From positions 37,532-101,531 of the forward strand of contig CAVXTP010000001.1 of assembly GCA_963764715.1 (NCBI GenBank): 64,000 nt of DNA, read 5' to 3'. This document shows positions 29,422-38,302 of the stretch, piece by piece; the stretch's first letter is position 1, and every line of letters starts with the position of its first letter. The notes under the pieces were generated by a model. It saw nothing but the letters and a program-made list of their open reading frames with translations. It was not told the DNA's origin and did no database searches. The translations under genes and the position numbers were made by a program. The stretch is from an uncultured Acidobacteriota bacterium (GTDB taxonomy: Bacteria; Acidobacteriota; Thermoanaerobaculia; UBA5066; Gp7-AA6).

Positions 29422-30747
29422 ATGAACTGGAAGAAGACCTTCGCGATCGTCCGGCGGGAGTACATCGAGCGCGTCCGCACGAAGTCGTTCTGGGTGGCGA
29501 CGCTCCTCATCCCGTTCCTGTTCCTCGCCTACATCGCCTTCCAGATCTCCTCGTCCCGCAAGACCGGCGGCGAGCGGACGATCGTGGTCGTCGACCAGAC
29601 CGGCACGCTGTACGCCCCGCTCGAGAAGGAGCTCGCGGCGACCGAGTCCGAGCAGAAGGCGAAGGGATCCGGGAACAAGGGGCCGCACTGGAACCTGAAG
29701 CTCGCTCCGGCCGGCGGAGATCTCGCGGCGACGAAGGAGGCCCTTCGCAAGCAGGTCCTCGCCAAGGACATCAGCGGCTACCTCGTCCTCGAGCCGCAGA
29801 AGATCAAGAACGACGAGGTCGAGTACTACTCGACGACGGTGTCGGACTTCATCGCGCTGAACCAGCTCGAACGCTCCCTCAACCGCGTGCGCATGCGGGA
29901 GAAGATGCACGACCGCGGACTGCCCACGGACCTCGCCGGCGAGCTCGAGAAGCGGATCGACTTCAAGGCCTTCAAGGTCACCGAGAAGGGAACCGCCGAG
30001 GAAAAGGGCGCCGGCATCATCGCCGCGATCATCTTCATGGTGCTCATGTACACGACCTTCTTCGTGTACGGCGGCCAGGTCATGCGCGGGGTCATCGAGG
30101 AAAAGTCGAGCCGGATCGTCGAGATCATCATCGCCTCCGTGCGGCCGACCGAGCTGATGCTGGGCAAGATCATCGGCATCGGCCTCGTCGGCCTGACGCA
30201 GTACCTGGTGTGGTCGCTCCTCGCGATGAACCTGTCGCTCCCGGGGATCGCCACCGTTCTGTCGTCGAGCGACATGGGCGTGCCCCGGATTCCGGTCGCG
30301 ATGCTCGGCTACTTCATCCTGTTCTTCGTGCTCGGCTACTTCGTCTACGCCAGCGTCTACACGACGATCGCGGCGCCGTTCAACAGCGAGCAGGAAGCCA
30401 CCCAGTTCATGATGATCCCGATCATCCTCATCCTCGCCGGCTTCATGGTTTACCCGGCCGTGATGAACAACCCCAACGGCAACGTGGCGGTCTTCTTCTC
30501 GCTCTTCCCGTTCACGTCCTCGCTCGTTATGTTCCTCCGGACGGCCGTCTCCGAGCCCCCGGCCTGGCAGGTACTTCTCTCGATCGCCCTCCTGATCGCC
30601 ACGACCGTCGGCCTCGCCTGGTTCGCGGGCCGCGTCTACCGCGTCGGCATCCTCATGTACGGCAAGAAGCCCACGATCCCCGAGATCCTGCGGTGGGTCA
30701 GCTACAAGCCTGGCAAGGCTCCCCAGCCGGCGGCGAAGGCGCCGTAG
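29422..30747 (+). CDS. ABC-2 type permease (NatB/YhaP-like)
   Basis: REYIERVRTKSF; VIEEKSSRIVE; multiple TM segments; YRVGILMYGK. Confidence 0.92.
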   Translation: MNWKKTFAIVRREYIERVRTKSFWVATLLIPFLFLAYIAFQISSSRKTGGERTIVVVDQTGTLYAPLEKELAATESEQKAKGSGNKGPHWNLKLAPAGGDLAATKEALRKQVLAKDISGYLVLEPQKIKNDEVEYYSTTVSDFIALNQLERSLNRVRMREKMHDRGLPTDLAGELEKRIDFKAFKVTEKGTAEEKGAGIIAAIIFMVLMYTTFFVYGGQVMRGVIEEKSSRIVEIIIASVRPTELMLGKIIGIGLVGLTQYLVWSLLAMNLSLPGIATVLSSSDMGVPRIPVAMLGYFILFFVLGYFVYASVYTTIAAPFNSEQEATQFMMIPIILILAGFMVYPAVMNNPNGNVAVFFSLFPFTSSLVMFLRTAVSEPPAWQVLLSIALLIATTVGLAWFAGRVYRVGILMYGKKPTIPEILRWVSYKPGKAPQPAAKAP

Positions 30748-30810
30748 GGCCTGTCCCGGCGGGCGGTTGCCCCGATCGCGACGGCTGTGCTACCTTTCGC
30801 GCCCCCGTTT

Positions 30811-30885
30811 GGCCCATTCGTCTAACGGTTAGGACGCGGCCCTCTCAAGGCCGAAATACGGGTTCGATTCCCGTATGGGCTACCA
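30811..30885 (+). tRNA. tRNA-Glu (CTC)
   Basis: GGCCCATTCGTCTAACGGTTAGGACGCGGCCCTCTCAAGGCCG...GGTTCGATTCCCGTATGGGCTACCA. Confidence 0.96.
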
Positions 30886-31055
30886 GCTCCCCGCCGCTTC
30901 GTTATTAGCCCGCCGCGTCCTCCGGACGCGACCCTCTCAAGGCGGCTTCCTTTGAGCGCGCCCTTCCGGGCGCGACACGGGTTCGATTAGCGCCGGGCGG
31001 ACCCGGCGCTTGTCGCGGCGCTTTCGCGCCGCTCGGTGCCCCGTATGGGCTACCA
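30886..31055 (+). repeat. tRNA-Glu-derived repeat copy 1 (170-bp unit)
   Basis: Contains CCCTCTCAAGGC, ACGGGTTCGATT and CCCGTATGGGCTACCA separated by hairpin insertions. Confidence 0.92.
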
Positions 31056-31154
31056 GATCTCCCCGCGCTGTCAGCTCCCGCCGACGGGGGTCAACGCTGC
31101 TTTCCTGCAGCGTCACGTCGGCACAGGATTGCAGCGTTGACCCTGTTCACCTGT

Positions 31155-31688
31155 TTACCGGTCCTGCTCCTGCGGGACGCGAACGATGCGCGAGACGTCG
31201 TAACCCTGCTCGCCGACCAGCGCGAGGAGGCGCGCGTAGTCGGCCTCTGGAATGCGCGGAGTGCGCGCCATGATCCAGACGTGATCGCGCTTGTTGCGGC
31301 TGATGATGGTGGTGGAGTAGTCCTCGTCCAGGTACGTGATCAGGTACTCCGCCTCGATCGGCCACACGAACTGCATGCCCCAGGTGGCGTTGGTGCGCTT
31401 GTCGCGCACGTACCCCCTGGGCGTGTAGCGCTTCGGTTTGCCGTCGAAGCCGCCCTTGCGGAAGGTGAAGGTCGTCTCCACGACGCCGTCCGGGCGCAGG
31501 CGGTACGACTCGATGGCGGCGTAGGCGCCCTTCTCGAGCGAGGTCGGGATGCTGGCGATGACGTACCAGTCCCCCATGAACCTCGCGAGATCCACGTGGT
31601 CCACGGTCTTCAGCGGCCGTAGCGCGGAGGTCGAGCATCCCGTCGCGGCGACGAGGAGGCCCGCCAGGAGGAAGCGGGCGCCGGCCAC
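31155..31688 (-). CDS. Lipocalin (Blc-like) lipoprotein
   Basis: Lipobox ATGC; VDLARFMGDWYVIA; WIMARTP. Confidence 0.88.
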   Translation of the reverse strand: MAGARFLLAGLLVAATGCSTSALRPLKTVDHVDLARFMGDWYVIASIPTSLEKGAYAAIESYRLRPDGVVETTFTFRKGGFDGKPKRYTPRGYVRDKRTNATWGMQFVWPIEAEYLITYLDEDYSTTIISRNKRDHVWIMARTPRIPEADYARLLALVGEQGYDVSRIVRVPQEQDR

Positions 31689-31692
31689 GATT

Positions 31693-32355
31693 TCAGAGCA
31701 GTTCGTAGAGGAGGCGGTGGCCGCCTTCGAGCTGCGACTCCAGGCCGAGCCAGCCTCCGCCGGGCGCGTACCAGAGGTCGATCGCCATGCCCGGCGCCTT
31801 CAGCCGGTATCGTTCCGCCCGGGTCACCGCGCCGCGCACCGGGAACGTCTCCTCGCCCAGCGGTTGCACCTCGACGGCCACGAGTTCGCCCGTCTGGCTG
31901 TTCAGCAGCGACGAGCGCTCGAGGAACTCCGGGTTCCAGTAGGCGAAAGAGCTGACGCAGGACGGCCCTGCTCGCCGCGCGCCCCGGCTTTCGACGAGGA
32001 ATTGATTCCCGGCCGAGGCCCCGCGCACTTCGTACGTTCTGCCGTTGTCGTCGGTGCGCGACTGGATGCTGGCCAGACAGCGATCGTCCCAGACCTCCAC
32101 GGCCTCGTGCCGGTACTCGTAGGCCGTGACGAAGAGGAGCTTGACCTTGAGCGCGGCCTCGCTCCGAAGCACTTTCCGCGAGCCCTCGGTCCGGAGAACG
32201 AAGTCGTGACGCCCCACCTCGCGCCCGTCGAGGAGAACGCGGAAGCGCCATTGCTGCGTCGGCTCCGCGTCCGCCCGGGCGGCCCGCGCCCCGTTCGGAG
32301 TGATCGCGCCGAGCACGGCCAGCGCGAGTGCGGCCAGAACGTTCCGCGACTTCAT
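31693..32355 (-). CDS. Secreted protein, DUF6134-like
   Basis: Signal peptide from MKSRNVLAAL; FRVLLDGREVGRH; YEYRHEAVEVW; LLNSQTGE. Confidence 0.7.
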   Translation of the reverse strand: MKSRNVLAALALAVLGAITPNGARAARADAEPTQQWRFRVLLDGREVGRHDFVLRTEGSRKVLRSEAALKVKLLFVTAYEYRHEAVEVWDDRCLASIQSRTDDNGRTYEVRGASAGNQFLVESRGARRAGPSCVSSFAYWNPEFLERSSLLNSQTGELVAVEVQPLGEETFPVRGAVTRAERYRLKAPGMAIDLWYAPGGGWLGLESQLEGGHRLLYELL

Positions 32356-32681
32356 GCGAGCCCCCTCCTGACTGCCAGGAGCCGGCATTCTCCTCGACCT
32401 GGGGCTCGATGCGTGCAGGTTGTCCAGGTCGGAAAGGCCGGCGCCGCCGAGCCGTGGGGCTACCCGATCTCCCGCCCTTCCCGCCGCCCGGAGCGCCGGC
32501 GCCCGGGGCCGAGAAAGCTTTCGCCCACCAGGACCGTGACGCCGTCCGAGCGGAACGAGAAGGTGTGCCCCGCCGGGTTGTCGTCTCCGGCCGGAGGACG
32601 AATGCGGACCGGGGTGCCACCTACGCCGGCCGCCGAAGGCGTTCGATTCCCGCGAAGAACGTCGAAAGGTTCCAGGTCGCG

Positions 32682-32849
32682 CCCGTATGGGCGACCAACT
32701 CCAGCCGGCTTCGCGAGGGACGGCTGCGTCCCGCCGCAGCCCTCTCAAGGCGGCTCACTCTCAGGCGTCGCTCCGCGACGCGCGCGCCCCTTCTCGCGCG
32801 ACACGGGGTCGTTTGGCGTTGCCGCCGAGCATCGGCGTCGTGAACGCGG
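32682..32849 (+). repeat. tRNA-Glu-derived repeat copy 2 (degenerate)
   Basis: CCCGTATGGGCGACCA...GCCCTCTCAAGGCGGCT...CGCGACACGGGGTCGTTT; GTTCGATTCCCG just upstream at 32641. Confidence 0.85.
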
Positions 32850-34208
32850 TCAGAACTCGCGTGGCAGGCCCATTTTTCTCAGGCGATCGTCAAAGCGCGG
32901 ATCATCGCGCAGGCCATCCCAATCCGGTGCGACCGCCAGGTGAACCAGTGCCGGGTCGCGCTGTGCGATGGCCTGATCGAGGCAGTCGAACGCTTCATCG
33001 AGCCGGCCTGCTCCCCCGTAGATTCTGGCGCGGAAGAACGGCATCTTGAGCAACACGTCGAAGTCCAGCTGCGGGTTCGAGATTTGATCCACCCAGAATT
33101 GGCTCAGTCCGGAGAGGCCGGCCGTCGCGTACGCGTGCTGCGCTTCCGCGGTGACCTGCTTCACTACCGCCAGCCACTCTTCGGGTAAGCCGAACTCGAT
33201 GGCATTGCGGACGGCCAGGGCCGCGAATCGATCGAGGTCGACGATCTTCAAATAGACGTAGCCAATGAATTGGCACGCCTGCGCATGCTTCGGGTTGACG
33301 TCAAGCGCTCGCCGGGCCCAGCCAAGCGCGTCGTCGTACTTCCGCTGGTGCCAATACGAGATGGCGATCTGCACCAGAACGCCGGGCGATCGCGGATCGC
33401 GCGCGAGCGCCTGTTGCTTGCATCGCAGCCCGTCGTCGAGCCGCCCGAGCGCTTCCTGGAGCGACCCATACTGCAGGAGCGCCTCGGTGTGATCCGGATT
33501 GATTTCGAGCGCGCGTTGCAGGCTGCGCTCCGCCGCCGTCCAGTCCCACTCGCTGAGAAAAAGGACGGTGCCAAGGGCAACCTGCGCGTCCGCCGAGGCG
33601 CTGTCCATCGCCAGCGCGCGTAAGGCAGACGCCTTCGCCTCTGCAAACGCCTCCTGGTGCGGCACCCCGTGAGACGCTGCCAGCACGCACTGTGCGCGCG
33701 CCAGGCCGGCGTGCGCCGGCGCGTAGGTCGGATCGATCTCGATCGCGGAACGAAAGGCTTCCACGGCGGCCGGCAGTTCGAAAAACGAGTCGGACAACAG
33801 GTGAGACCGGCCGCGGCCGACAAGCTCGTAAAGTTCGACGGGTCGCGCCACGGCGCTCGATACGAATGGCCTCTCGTCCTCCGAATCAACCCTGACTGCA
33901 GCGATGAAGCGGTACCCGGACCCCGCCACCGTTTCGATATAGATCGGCCGGTGGGCGTCCTCGTGAAGCGCCTTGCGCAGCGCCGACATGTGAACCGTGA
34001 GACCGCCTTCTTCGACGAATGACTCGGGCCAGATGCGCTTCAGCAATTCGTCCTTCGTGACCAGGCGGCCCCGCTGTCGTACCAACGCAACCAGCACATC
34101 GTAGGCCTTCGGTGACACGCGGACGACTTCCGCGCCGCGCAGGAGCCGCCGCTCTCGCACGTCGAGCGTGAATTCGTCGAAATGAAATACCTCACTGCTG
34201 GTGGCCAT
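32850..34208 (-). CDS. Winged-helix (OmpR/CadC-type) regulator with TPR repeats
   Basis: LVTKDELLKRIWP...LRKAL...IETVAGSGYRF, followed by TPR helices. Confidence 0.9.
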   Translation of the reverse strand: MATSSEVFHFDEFTLDVRERRLLRGAEVVRVSPKAYDVLVALVRQRGRLVTKDELLKRIWPESFVEEGGLTVHMSALRKALHEDAHRPIYIETVAGSGYRFIAAVRVDSEDERPFVSSAVARPVELYELVGRGRSHLLSDSFFELPAAVEAFRSAIEIDPTYAPAHAGLARAQCVLAASHGVPHQEAFAEAKASALRALAMDSASADAQVALGTVLFLSEWDWTAAERSLQRALEINPDHTEALLQYGSLQEALGRLDDGLRCKQQALARDPRSPGVLVQIAISYWHQRKYDDALGWARRALDVNPKHAQACQFIGYVYLKIVDLDRFAALAVRNAIEFGLPEEWLAVVKQVTAEAQHAYATAGLSGLSQFWVDQISNPQLDFDVLLKMPFFRARIYGGAGRLDEAFDCLDQAIAQRDPALVHLAVAPDWDGLRDDPRFDDRLRKMGLPREF

Positions 34209-34293
34209 CAGATTTCGGCGAATCTTAGCAAGTCCTTAAGGACGCGTCACGGCCGGGACAGCTGTCATGAACGCGCTTTCAAAGGAGAAGAGA

Positions 34294-34827
34294 ATGATCA
34301 CCCGATCGTTGGTCGCCTTCATTCTGAGCTGCGGATTCACGGCACTCTCACTCGCGCAAGCTCCACCAGAGCCCCCGAAGCCGGGCCCCGAGCAGAAGAA
34401 GTTGGAGTACTTCCTTGGCACTTGGAGGGTGGAAGGCGAGGTTAAACCGAACGACTACATGCCGGCCGGTAAGAGTGTCATCACCGCGACATATGCATTG
34501 GGTCCGGGGGGATTCTCTGTCGAGTCCCGAGGTGAAGGGGAAAATTACCCGACGACCCACGGAATCACGGCCTACGACAGCCAGGCGAAGCTCTACACGA
34601 CATTTTATGCGAGCAGTGCCGGACTCGTGGGTGGCGGCACAGCAACGGTTGACGGAAATACCTGGACGTGGATGCTTGAAGACAAGTGGCTTGGCCAAGC
34701 ATTCAGAGGAAGAACGACAGTCACCGTCAAATCGGCGTCTCAGTACACGGCCAAGTATGAATATCTCGACCCGAACGGCAGTTATGTAACGCTCGTAGAA
34801 AGCACCGCCACCAAAGTCGCGCCTTAG
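34294..34827 (+). CDS. Secreted protein, DUF1579-like
   Basis: Signal peptide; KPGPEQKKLEYFLGTW; lower GC than the flanks. Confidence 0.7.
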   Translation: MITRSLVAFILSCGFTALSLAQAPPEPPKPGPEQKKLEYFLGTWRVEGEVKPNDYMPAGKSVITATYALGPGGFSVESRGEGENYPTTHGITAYDSQAKLYTTFYASSAGLVGGGTATVDGNTWTWMLEDKWLGQAFRGRTTVTVKSASQYTAKYEYLDPNGSYVTLVESTATKVAP

Positions 34828-35080
34828 AGACGCAGACACCAGCCGTTCGAAGTGGAGCAGAACCTGGTCCTCGCCCTAGAAGCGAAGCGGGCTCGCCTCC
34901 CAGATCCGGACTTGGCGTCTTATCCGAACCAGCTTCTCGATGCCTGCAGCGAGGTCTGGCAGGGGTTCACGGCGATCCTGGAACACGGCTTTCCAGGTCA
35001 ACCTTCAGTCTTCCCAGCTGCGTGAGCCAGTCTTGGATCTGGTTTCAGCTGGGGCCAGATCAACCCCACTCCAAGTCTCA

Positions 35081-35210
35081 CGCCGCGTCCTGCGGATGCA
35101 GCCCTCTCAAGATGGCTGCCTTTGAGCGCGCCCTTTCGGGCGCGACACGGGTGAAATTGGCGCCGGGGGGTACCCGGCGCCTTGTGTCTGCTCTTCGCGC
35201 GCTCGCGCGC
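35081..35210 (+). repeat. tRNA-Glu-derived repeat copy 3
   Basis: CGCCGCGTCCTGCGGATGCAGCCCTCTCAAG...CCTTTGAGCGCGCCCTTTCGGGCGCGACACGGGT...GGCGCCGGG...ACCCGGCGCC aligns with 30911-31010. Confidence 0.9.
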
Positions 35211-35229
35211 TCTCCCCGGAGGGGGACCC

Positions 35230-35694
35230 CTACTTCACCGTGAACGTCTTCGAAGGCCCGGGTTTCCCGTCCACCGTGGTTTCGACCTTGTAGCTGCCCT
35301 TCGGCCAGCCCGACGGCTTCTGGATCGAGAACTCCGTCGTCGCCGGACCCGTGGGCGCGATGGTCCTCGAGTCTTCCTTGACCACCTGTCCATCGCCGAA
35401 GGTCCACTTCACCGCGATCACCGAAGCGGCCGCCGAGCCGTCCGTCGATACGGCGGCAAAGATCGTGTCTTTCGGCGAAAACGTGTCGGTCGGCGCCTGG
35501 ACCTTCTTGTCGGGTCCGAGGGACTTCCCGAGCGAGAGATCCGTGACGGTGACGGCGGGGGCCGGGACGGCCGTCGGCACGACCGGGACGGGGGTGGGCA
35601 TCGGGGCCGGGGCCTCTGCCTTCTTGCATGCGCTCAGAGCGACCGCCGAAGCCAGGACTGCCGCCACGAGGGCGGCGTGAGTACGTGTCGTCAT
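35230..35694 (-). CDS. Hypothetical lipoprotein
   Basis: Lipobox LSAC, Pro-rich linker, beta-rich domain. Confidence 0.8.
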   Translation of the reverse strand: MTTRTHAALVAAVLASAVALSACKKAEAPAPMPTPVPVVPTAVPAPAVTVTDLSLGKSLGPDKKVQAPTDTFSPKDTIFAAVSTDGSAAASVIAVKWTFGDGQVVKEDSRTIAPTGPATTEFSIQKPSGWPKGSYKVETTVDGKPGPSKTFTVK

Positions 35695-35728
35695 CTGCTC
35701 TCCTTCTGCCTGGGAACGGCGCTGCCGC

Positions 35729-35995
35729 TCATTCGGGAATCCGGAGCTTCCAGCCCGGCTGGATGAGGTCCGGATTTTTCACGATGTCCCTGTTCGCTTC
35801 GAAAATCCGCTTCCACGAATTCGCGTTGCCGTAGAACTTCTTGGAAATCTTCGAGAGACTGTCTCCGCTCTGGACGACGTACGTTCGGGAGGTCTCGGCG
35901 GCCACTCCCGCCTTGTTCCCCGAGGGCGATGGCGCCGTCGACGAGCTTCCGGATTCGACGTCCGAGAAGTCCGGCTTGTTGGGGTCATCCGTCAT
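35729..35995 (-). CDS. LysM domain protein
   Basis: YVVQSGDSLSKISKKFYG...IFEANRD...NPDLIQPGWKLRIP. Confidence 0.92.
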   Translation of the reverse strand: MTDDPNKPDFSDVESGSSSTAPSPSGNKAGVAAETSRTYVVQSGDSLSKISKKFYGNANSWKRIFEANRDIVKNPDLIQPGWKLRIPE

Positions 35996-36041
35996 TCCAT
36001 CCTCCTTCTCGACCCGTTTGCCGGGTCGGCAGTGTTCGTTC

Positions 36042-36290
36042 TCACGCCGGCTTGGCCGTGAACTTCCGGTAGATCCAGGTGACGGCGATCGCGCCGATGA
36101 CCGCCACGATGATCGTATAAATCAGGCCGCCTTCCGCCTTGAAGCCGAACAGGCTCATCAGGAAGCCGCCCGCCAGAGCTCCCACGAGGCCGAGGATGAT
36201 GTCCATGAGAACTCCACCCCCGCCTCCCATGATCTTGCCGGTGAGCCATCCCGCAATCAGGCCCACGATCAGCCACCAGATGATGCCCAT
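36042..36290 (-). CDS. GlsB/YeaQ/YmgE family membrane protein
   Basis: WLIVGLIAGWLTGKIM...DIILGLVGALAGG. Confidence 0.9.
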   Translation of the reverse strand: MGIIWWLIVGLIAGWLTGKIMGGGGGVLMDIILGLVGALAGGFLMSLFGFKAEGGLIYTIIVAVIGAIAVTWIYRKFTAKPA

Positions 36291-36293
36291 GGC

Positions 36294-36806
36294 TCATCTC
36301 CTCGCCTGAGAAATCTTGGACATGAGGAGCGCCAGTGCGCCGGCGCCGATCGCCTTGACGAGCGTCGGGTGTTGCGCGTAAAAGCCCGCGGCCTTGTCCA
36401 TGATTGACGGATCTCTTGTCGCCGCCTGCCGGGCGATCGTCTGGACCGCCTCGGGGCTCACATCCTGAGCCTGCTGCGGCGTCACGCTCTGGCCGGCGAC
36501 CGCCCCGGCAAGGCCTCCGAGTCCCAGGGAACCCAGGATCTGGGAGCCGGCGGGACCGAGCGATGCGAGCAGCTGGTTGAGAAGTCCCGCTTTCTGATCG
36601 GGGTTGGACTGGCCGAAGAGCCCGGACACCATCTGCTCGAACGGCGGTGTTTGATCGGACTTGAAGGCGTGACCGAGGCCGGCCGCGAGGCTCCCCTGCG
36701 GAACGGCGGAGGCCACTTGATCGTAGGCCGCGTGCACGTCGGAGTCCGATGCACTGCCACGGGTGAACTGATCGACGATGCTGCCGAGGTTATCCATAAG
36801 ACCCAT
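36294..36806 (-). CDS. Hypothetical protein
   Basis: AGGAG RBS before ATG at 36806; co-oriented with the downstream cluster. Confidence 0.75.
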   Translation of the reverse strand: MGLMDNLGSIVDQFTRGSASDSDVHAAYDQVASAVPQGSLAAGLGHAFKSDQTPPFEQMVSGLFGQSNPDQKAGLLNQLLASLGPAGSQILGSLGLGGLAGAVAGQSVTPQQAQDVSPEAVQTIARQAATRDPSIMDKAAGFYAQHPTLVKAIGAGALALLMSKISQARR

Positions 36807-37010
36807 GGCGTCCTCCTTACGATTCGATGATTCGTCGACATCGAGAAACACGCCGGCGAAACAGCGACAGTGGCGTTCGCCGTCCGCGACCTCGAGGAAC
36901 CGAGTCTATAACCGGTTCCTAACCCCACCTCGAACGTGCCGGGGGGCAGGACCGGGCCGCCGTCCGCCGCAAGATCCTTTAAGAATCTTTCGACGTGGTT
37001 CCATCTCGGG

Positions 37011-37143
37011 CCCGTATGAGCTACTTGCTCTCTGCCGCTTCGTTAGTTACCCGCCGCGTCCTGCGGTCACGACCCTCTCAAGGCGAATCCCTTTGAGCGC
37101 GCCCTTTCGGGCTCGATACGGGTTCGATTCCGGCATGTGTTCC
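37011..37143 (+). repeat. tRNA-Glu-derived repeat copy 4
   Basis: CCCGTATGAGCTAC...GCCGCTTCGTTA...CCCGCCGCGTCC...GACCCTCTCAAGGCG...CCTTTGAGCGCGCCCTTTCGGG...TACGGGTTCGATTCC aligns with 30870-30988. Confidence 0.92.
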
Positions 37144-37164
37144 GAAAGCGGCTTCAAAGAGATA

Positions 37165-37376
37165 ATGGTCGTGTGAAGCACTCGTCGCCCAACCGCCGAC
37201 CTCAGTCGGCTGCCGCAAAAGCTCGTGTCAAGGCCCTGAGTCGCGGCGAGGCGCCGGTCGTGCGCGACCCGGAGGAGGCTCGAGGGCTCCCCTTCGTATC
37301 CCCGGCCGAACGCCAGGCGGCGTTTGCCATGGCGGCCAGGAAACGGGCAGCCGAAGAGAAGCGCCGGAAGAAGTAG
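37165..37376 (+). CDS. Small basic hypothetical protein
   Basis: Short ORF after repeat copy 4; start uncertain. Confidence 0.4.
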
Positions 37377-37389
37377 TCCTTCGGGCCAG

Positions 37390-38205
37390 CTACGCGCGTC
37401 CCCTCATCAGCTCGTTGATCTTGCCGTACGGCAGCTCGCTCTCGACTGCCGCCTCGAAGGCTCCCGTCTTCAGGAATGACTCCGCCAGCGCCTCGGTCCT
37501 CGCGAGGACGGCGCCGGCGATTCCCGATCCCGCGCTCAAGCGGCGGACGCCCAGGGCCTCGAGCTCGGCCGCGCCCGGCAGTCCGGGCCAGGCCAGGACG
37601 TTGACGGGCAAGAGCGACGCCTTCGCGACGGCGCGGATCTCGGCCGCGTCGACGATGCCCGGCACGAAGATCCCGTCGGCGCCGGCGGCCCGATAGCGCT
37701 CGGCCCGCGCGAGCGTCTCGGCGACGCGGCTTTCGGGGGGCACGAGACCTCTCAGGTAGACGTCCGTCCGGGCGTTCACGAAGAGATCGACACCGCGCTG
37801 CGCCGCAACGCGCCTGACGCTTTCGAGCTTGGCGCAGAGGAGGTCGGGCGACTCGTCGCCGTCCTCGAGGTTGATCCCGACAGCGCCCGCGTCGATCACC
37901 GCGCCGACGGTCGCACCGACCTCCGCCGGGTGGCTCGAGTATCCGCCCTCCACGTCGGCCGATACGGGGACCTGGACCGCGCGAGCGACCTCCGAAACGG
38001 TCGCGAGCAGCAGGGGCACGGGAAGCGCGTGGCCGTCGGCGTGGCCGTGGGACCATGCCACGCCGGCGCTCGTCGTGGCGATCGCCTTCGCGCCGACGCT
38101 TTCGATGAGCCGGGCGCTGCCGGCGTCCCACGCGTTGGGAAGCACGAGCAGGCCGGTCTGGTGGAGTCGTCGAAAGAGATCAGCGGCGTTCTGTTGGGAC
38201 GTCAT
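37390..38205 (-). CDS. Isocitrate lyase/PEP mutase family protein
   Basis: LPNAWDAGSAR, ATTSAGVA, GINLED, VNARTD, GADGIFVPG. Confidence 0.92.
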   Translation of the reverse strand: MTSQQNAADLFRRLHQTGLLVLPNAWDAGSARLIESVGAKAIATTSAGVAWSHGHADGHALPVPLLLATVSEVARAVQVPVSADVEGGYSSHPAEVGATVGAVIDAGAVGINLEDGDESPDLLCAKLESVRRVAAQRGVDLFVNARTDVYLRGLVPPESRVAETLARAERYRAAGADGIFVPGIVDAAEIRAVAKASLLPVNVLAWPGLPGAAELEALGVRRLSAGSGIAGAVLARTEALAESFLKTGAFEAAVESELPYGKINELMRGRA

Positions 38206-38302
38206 CGTGCCTTCCTTTCCTCTGCGGGACCGAAACACTCGGGTCAACGCGAAGGATTCAAACTTTCTTTCGCGCGCAGCGTAAGCGACACCGGAGGCCC
38301 CC

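Noticed and set aside
30886-37143. Additional functional tRNA-Glu genes or a standard prophage attL/attR pair
   Set aside because: The copies lack the 5' acceptor and D-arm and have large insertions; there are four copies rather than one, and no integrase or phage genes
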